NCBI GenBank assembly: GCA_963785305.1
Contig: CAWAUV010000007.1
Span: forward strand, 1,760,001-1,824,000
Direction: 5' to 3'
From: an uncultured Planctomycetaceae bacterium
Lineage (GTDB): Bacteria > Planctomycetota > Planctomycetia > Pirellulales > PALSA-1355
Length of the DNA: 64,000 nucleotides
Shown: positions 58,699 to 64,000 of the stretch, piece by piece
Position numbering within the stretch: position 1 is the stretch's first letter
Layout of the letters: every line of letters begins with the position of its first letter
The notes under the pieces: generated by a model
The model's input: only the letters and a program-made list of their open reading frames with translations
Databases searched by the model: none
What the model was told of the DNA's origin: nothing
Translations under genes and position numbers: made by a program

Positions 58699-59944
58699 TC
58701 ATTTGATTGCCCCGGCGACATAGGGCTTGACCTCGACCACGGCGCCCGGGCGCACTCGCTGCATGCCGGTGACGACCACGCGCTCTCCGGCGCAAGCTCG
58801 GCTCGCCATGTTCACTGGATTTCGCGGGCCGGGGACCGTCTTTCTCCGCCACGATCTCGATCGGCGTGACCAACTGCAAACCATCGGGCTGCACCGGGCC
58901 CGCTTCGATCGGCCGATACTCCACCACGTTTTTGTCGTTGACCACGAGCAAGAACTTCCGTGACTGATCGGCGGCGATCGACGATTGGGGAACCACCAGC
59001 CCCGGCCGCGTGTCGCCCAGCGCCACGCGCACTCGCAGAAACAAGCCCGGCGTGAACAAGCGCGGGCCCCCGCCGGGCGGAGCGGGATTCGCGAGCACGG
59101 CCCGCACTTGCAGGGTTCCGGTCGAGGCGCTCACGCTGTTGTTCGTGAAATCGACCGAGCCTTCGTGGGGAAACTCGTCTTTTTCGTTGGCAAGTCCAAA
59201 CCGCACTTGCATGCTGGCCTCCCCCTTGCCGTCGGTCTTGGCTTCGCGCGCCAACTGCTGCAAGCGGAGCATGGTGCGTTCGTCGATGTCGAAATAGGCA
59301 AACATCGGATCTTCGGAGACGATCGTGGTGAGCAGTGTGAAGTCTTGCATCACGAGGTTGCCGACCGTGAGCAGGTTGCGGCCCGCGCGGCCGGCGATCA
59401 GGGCGCGGACATCGGTGTAGCCCAGGTTGAGCTTGGCCGAGGCGATCGAGGCTTCGGCCGAAAGGATCTGCGCGTCGGCTTCGCCCAGGTCGGCGAAATA
59501 GCGGTCGGCTTCTTGTTTGCTGATCGCGCCGCTCGACAGATTGTTGGCCCGGGCCACGTTGGCTTCGGCCAGCTTTCGTCGGGCCTTGACTTGCAGAAGC
59601 TGCGCTTGGGCCCGCTGCATTTCGGTTTGATAGGTGGCCGGATCGATCTTGAAGAGCAGATCGCCCGCCTTCACATCGTCGCCCGGCTTGAAGCACACCT
59701 GGGTCAAATAGCCGGACACGCGAGCCCGAATATCGACCCGCTCGATCGCTTCGGTGCGTCCTGTGAAGTAGTCGTAGTCGACGGTGTCGGCCAGTTTGGC
59801 TTCGACCACGCGCACGACGGGCGTGGTGGGGGCCATGGCTCCGGGCGGGGGCGGCGAGCAGCCGCCCAGCGGCGCCAGCGCCCCGGCGCCGAGGCAAGCA
59901 ATCGCAATCGCTCCGCTCAAACCAGCCCAGTCGCTCCGCTCCAT
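58699..59944 (-). CDS. RND efflux periplasmic adaptor (MexE-like lipoprotein); frameshift near 58790
   Basis: LGGC lipobox, IRARVSGY, GDLLFKIDP, LNLGYT and TGTLQVRA. Confidence 0.88.
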
Positions 59945-59998
59945 CTCGCTCCCTCGTGGCCTCGCTCGACGCGTCGCCCGGTGACTGGCCACATTAAC

Positions 59999-60079
59999 AG
60001 CCTATCCGACTATCCGAGAACTTCGGCGAGCCCTCACTCTATCCTCTCCCAAGGGGAGAGGGGAGGTGTCGGATAGGCT
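59999..60079. repeat. MITE/REP-like repeat, same family and orientation as 57794-57870
   Basis: Shared CTATCCGAGAACTTCGGCGAGCCCT and GTCGGATAGGCTC. Confidence 0.75.
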
Positions 60080-60376
60080 CCAAAAAAGGCGAACGGCCAA
60101 CACGCCTTCTGAACTTCCGCCGCCCGGCGCCGCTCCCCTTCAAAGAAAGGCCGGGCTGCTCGCACGGTCGTCGAAAAGTCTGGCGGCGTTGCAATGTTAG
60201 CGGAACCCCTTGCCCTGTCAATGCGCCCAAGGGCGGGGGCAACTCGCCGTAAAGGGGCATGATCGCCGCCCATCTCGGTGGTCAATCTGGTTTCTGGATA
60301 AAAGGTTTGTCTGGCGCCCGCGCAACATTGACAAGCATTTGGCATGCGAACATCGCACCGATTAAAATCGCTTTCC

Positions 60377-60841
60377 ATGGCGACCATTGAACCAGCCACT
60401 TCCGATGATATTCCGCAGCTTTGCGCGCTGCTCGAAACTCTGTTCGCCCAGGAGGCCGAGTTCACGCCCGATCGCGCGAAGCAGGAGCGCGGGCTGCGGC
60501 TGATTTTGGCTTCGCCCGAACTCGGCGTCGTGCTGGTCGCCCGCGACGAGAATGAAGCGAGCGGCCAGCAAGTGGTTGGCATGGTCGGGCTGCTGTTTAC
60601 CATCAGCACCGCCGAGGGGGGACGGGCGGCTTGGCTCGAAGACATGGTGGTTCGCCCCGACCGTCGCGGCGCCGGCATTGGCTCGCGGCTTCTCGGGGCC
60701 GCGATCGACCTAGCCCGCCGTGAGAATTTGGTGCGCATCTCGCTACTGACCGATGGGCACAACCCCGGCGCCATGCGGTTTTACGAGCGGGCGGGCTTCA
60801 CCATCTCCGAGATGACGACGCTCCGATTGCAACTGAAATAA
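60377..60841 (+). CDS. GNAT family N-acetyltransferase
   Basis: LEDMVVRPDRRGAGIG and AMRFYERAGF. Confidence 0.9.
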   Translation: MATIEPATSDDIPQLCALLETLFAQEAEFTPDRAKQERGLRLILASPELGVVLVARDENEASGQQVVGMVGLLFTISTAEGGRAAWLEDMVVRPDRRGAGIGSRLLGAAIDLARRENLVRISLLTDGHNPGAMRFYERAGFTISEMTTLRLQLK

Positions 60842-61039
60842 TCGCTCGACTGCGCGACCGCCCCGGCTGGGGGCGTCGCAAGATGCGACGCGAGTTGTAA
60901 TCACCGGCGAGCAGACATAGTATGGAAATGATTCGCCTCGCCGCCGCGAGCGACGCCCCCCGCACAACGTAGTCGGGGTCCCGATCGATCAGCGACTCGC
61001 GGTCAAGATAAAATACCAAAAAACGGAAACCCGGTACCT

Positions 61040-63088
61040 ATGGATGGCAAAAAAGAACCGCCGCGCAAGGCGAGCGAGAAGAAGAACCCGATGCCGTGGA
61101 ACAATGTCATCGTGATGTTGCTCGGCCTCGGAGTGCTGATTCTTTGCGCCGTGCGTTTCTTGGCGCCGAGCACCTTGGTGACCATTCCTTACAGCGATCT
61201 CGTGAAGCTCATCAAGGAGCCGATCAATCCGCTCCCGGGCCAAGAGCACGGAGTCGTGATTTACGATCACAAGAACCGGCCGTTTCGCGTGTCGAATCTC
61301 GGCGATCTGAAGCTGAGCTCGTTCGAGGTCGAAGGCAAGGTGACCCGGGTGGAGCTCGATGGCGCGGGCGACGCGATCGGCGATCCGGAAAAAAACATCG
61401 CCTTCCATACCAATAAGACCGACCGCGATGAACTGCTCCCCCGTATTTTGGAAGAAAGCGGCCGCCGGTTCGAGATCACCGAAGGGCCCAATGCCTGGTG
61501 GACCTATATGCAGTTGCCGGCGCTCTTGGCGATCACGATCGGAGCGCTATTTCTCATGATGCGCCGACTGGGCGGCGCCGGCTCGCCGATGGCTTTCGGC
61601 CGCAGCCGCGGCAAGATGTACGCCCAAGAAGACCTCGGCGTCACGTTCGACGACGTGGCCGGCATCGACGAAGCCGTCGAGGAGCTCCGCGAAGTGGTCG
61701 AGTTTCTTCGCACGCCCGAAAAATACCAAGTCCTGGGCGGGCGGATTCCCAAGGGCATTCTGCTGGTTGGGCCGCCGGGCACCGGCAAGACCCTGCTCGC
61801 CAAGGCAATCGCCGGCGAGGCGGGAGTGCCGTTTTTTAGTCTTTCCGGCTCCGACTTCGTGGAAATGTTCGTCGGCGTCGGCGCCGCGCGGGTGCGCGAC
61901 ATGTTTCAACTGGCGGAGGCCAAGGCGCCCTGCATTATTTTCATCGACGAGCTCGACGCCCTCGGCAAGACGCGCGGCTCGAGCGTCGTGGGAGGGCACG
62001 ACGAACGCGAGCAAACCCTCAACGCCCTGCTCGTGGAAATGGACGGATTCGACTCGAACAACGGCGTGATCGTGCTCGCCGCGAGCAATCGTCCCGAGAC
62101 GCTCGACCCCGCGCTCCTGCGGCCGGGGCGGTTCGATCGCCATGTGCTCGTCGACCGGCCCGATGTACGCGGCCGCGAGCAGATTCTCAATGTGCATGTG
62201 CAACATGTGAAGCTCGATGAATCGGTCAAGCTCAGAGACGTGGCCGGCATCACTAGCGGCTTCGTCGGCGCCGACTTGGCCAACCTTGTCAACGAAGCCG
62301 CGCTGCTCGCCGCCCGCAAAGGCAAGTCGGCGGTCGGCATCGAGGAGTTCAACGAAGGCGTCGAGCGCGTGACGGCCGGCCTGGAAAAGAAGCAGCGCAT
62401 TATCCACGAAGACGAAAAGCTGCGCGTCGCCTACCACGAAAGCGGCCATGCCCTCGTGGCCTACAGCCTGCCGAACACCGACCCGGTGCATAAGATTTCG
62501 ATCATTCCCCGCGGCCTCGCGGCGCTCGGTTACATGCTCCAGCGGCCCGAGGGCGATCGCTACCTGATGACGCAGGGCGAGCTCGAAAGTCGGGTGCAAG
62601 TGTTGCTGGCCGGCACCATGGCCGAGGAGCTGGCGTTTGACGATGTGTCGACCGGCGCCCAAAACGATCTCGAGCGCGCCAGCGAACTGGCCCGCAGCAT
62701 GGTGATGGACTACGGCATGAGCCGCCTGGGCCGGGTCAACTACCGCGAAAGCTCGCGGAGCGCGTTTCTGGCCGGCAGCGACGGGACGCGGGAACATTCG
62801 CACAGCGAACAGACGGCCCGCGAGATCGATCAAGAAGTGAAGCGGATCATCGACGAATCGCTGGATAAGGTGCGCAACATCCTGGAAAACCGCATGGCCT
62901 CGCTCAAGGCGATCAGCATGCGGCTGATCGAAAAAGAAGTGGTCGACGCCGAGGAGCTCAAGAAGCTGATCGAGGAAAACTCGCCCAGCCCGCTGCTAGC
63001 GCCAGGCACGTCGGCCGAGCGGAAGCGAGCCGGCGACGGGGCGATCGCTTGGCCGGCCAGGCCAGAAACCTCCGCCGAAGGCGGTTGA
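61040..63088 (+). CDS. ftsH: ATP-dependent zinc metalloprotease FtsH
   Basis: Two TMs, [17 protein letters not shown] region and HESGH. Confidence 0.96.
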   Translation: MDGKKEPPRKASEKKNPMPWNNVIVMLLGLGVLILCAVRFLAPSTLVTIPYSDLVKLIKEPINPLPGQEHGVVIYDHKNRPFRVSNLGDLKLSSFEVEGKVTRVELDGAGDAIGDPEKNIAFHTNKTDRDELLPRILEESGRRFEITEGPNAWWTYMQLPALLAITIGALFLMMRRLGGAGSPMAFGRSRGKMYAQEDLGVTFDDVAGIDEAVEELREVVEFLRTPEKYQVLGGRIPKGILLVGPPGTGKTLLAKAIAGEAGVPFFSLSGSDFVEMFVGVGAARVRDMFQLAEAKAPCIIFIDELDALGKTRGSSVVGGHDEREQTLNALLVEMDGFDSNNGVIVLAASNRPETLDPALLRPGRFDRHVLVDRPDVRGREQILNVHVQHVKLDESVKLRDVAGITSGFVGADLANLVNEAALLAARKGKSAVGIEEFNEGVERVTAGLEKKQRIIHEDEKLRVAYHESGHALVAYSLPNTDPVHKISIIPRGLAALGYMLQRPEGDRYLMTQGELESRVQVLLAGTMAEELAFDDVSTGAQNDLERASELARSMVMDYGMSRLGRVNYRESSRSAFLAGSDGTREHSHSEQTAREIDQEVKRIIDESLDKVRNILENRMASLKAISMRLIEKEVVDAEELKKLIEENSPSPLLAPGTSAERKRAGDGAIAWPARPETSAEGG

Positions 63089-63171
63089 AGCCCGCGATCT
63101 TATTTTCACTCGTCGCTATTTGCCGCGGCTCGGGTTCGGGCCCTACAATGGCGCTTGGGAGGGCCTTGTCA

Positions 63172-63960
63172 ATGCGCCGTTTTTCGTTTGCCGTTTGTGC
63201 TTTGCTGGTTTGGGGCGCGACTTTCGCCCCGACTCGACTCGCGGCCCAATCGCCGCCGGGACCATCGGATAGCCTGCCCGGCGAACGAGCGTCGGGCCCC
63301 GCCGCCGCCAGAAGCCCAACGAGCGTCGCGCCGGCCGCGGGCGAGCGCGGTTCGATTCCCACCGATCCCACGGCGCTGCGAAGTTGGCTGCTCGCGCGGC
63401 TGATTGTCGATCGCAATCTAAACGGCGAGCAAGCCGCCGAACTCGAGCGAAAGCTCGCCAACGTCTCCGATGCCCAAGTCGATGTCGTGGCCCGGGTCTA
63501 TCGCGAAAAGCGCGAGCAACAAGCGGCGAGCGAAGCGAACCAATTGAACTTGGCCAAGGAGAATCTCGATCAGCTTAAGCATGTGCGCGACGCCGCGGCA
63601 AACGAGCTTACCTCCTGGCGCGATTACCGCGAGGCCCAGTATCAAAACTATCTCGGCGGGCCCGGCCAGAGCATCGCGCCCGCGAACACATTCGGCTATG
63701 CGGGCGCGGGTGGTTATGGCGCGGGTGGTTATGGCCCGGGCGGATATGGCGCGGGTGGATATGGTCCCTATTCCGCGGGCGGGTTTCCCTTTGGCAGCTA
63801 CCCGTTTGGCTATGGTTATGGCGTGGGCGTGTTTCCGAATTATGCGACGCCGTATCCGATTTCGCCCTATTATTCGGCCGGCTATCTGGCGCCGGTGGTC
63901 GGCGGGGCGTATCCATTGTACGGCGGAGTCGGCGTCGGAGTCGGCCTGGGGATTTATTAA
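63172..63960 (+). CDS. Secreted protein with coiled coil and Gly/Tyr/Pro-rich C-terminal repeats
   Basis: Signal peptide; G(A/P)GGY x4 encoded by 15-bp tandem repeats at ~63703-63766. Confidence 0.65.
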   Translation: MRRFSFAVCALLVWGATFAPTRLAAQSPPGPSDSLPGERASGPAAARSPTSVAPAAGERGSIPTDPTALRSWLLARLIVDRNLNGEQAAELERKLANVSDAQVDVVARVYREKREQQAASEANQLNLAKENLDQLKHVRDAAANELTSWRDYREAQYQNYLGGPGQSIAPANTFGYAGAGGYGAGGYGPGGYGAGGYGPYSAGGFPFGSYPFGYGYGVGVFPNYATPYPISPYYSAGYLAPVVGGAYPLYGGVGVGVGLGIY

Positions 63961-63961
63961 G

Positions 63962-64000
63962 AGCCTATCCGACAACTCTCCCCTCTCCCTTTGGGCGAGG
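63962..64000. repeat. Partial copy of the AGCCTATCCGA repeat family
   Basis: AGCCTATCCGAC...CCCCTCTCCC, cut by the window end. Confidence 0.6.

Overview
High-GC bacterial window, most likely a Planctomycete (inferred from the DUF6677-, DUF1570- and DUF2617-like genes, the PEP-CTERM repeat protein and the IS types). Many genes carry single-base indels, nearly all next to GCGC, which look like systematic long-read errors, so the split ORFs are joined here. The host backbone includes two polytopic membrane genes, a FAAL-ACP-alpha-oxoamine synthase fusion, a ~7.8 kb PEP-CTERM beta-helix protein, sugar catabolism genes, rpmE-prfA-prmC, a GT-C/AsmA cluster, an MFS gene, tRNA-Leu(UAA), CMD, an RND adaptor, a GNAT and ftsH. 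Mobile DNA: two ISAs1 copies, two ISKra4-like copies (one inserted at the ISAs1 end) and several MITE/REP-like repeats. The most interesting region is an ~11 kb phage-satellite-like or cryptic-prophage element (~46.95-57.68 kb) next to the tRNA-Leu 3' end. It has two intact tyrosine recombinases plus a degenerate third, a six-copy 11-bp phased repeat array, a stand-alone FtsH-type M41 protease domain, partial virion genes with no recognisable capsid, terminase or portal, and an unannotated C4/CI-like antisense RNA with its promoter and complementary upstream targets.
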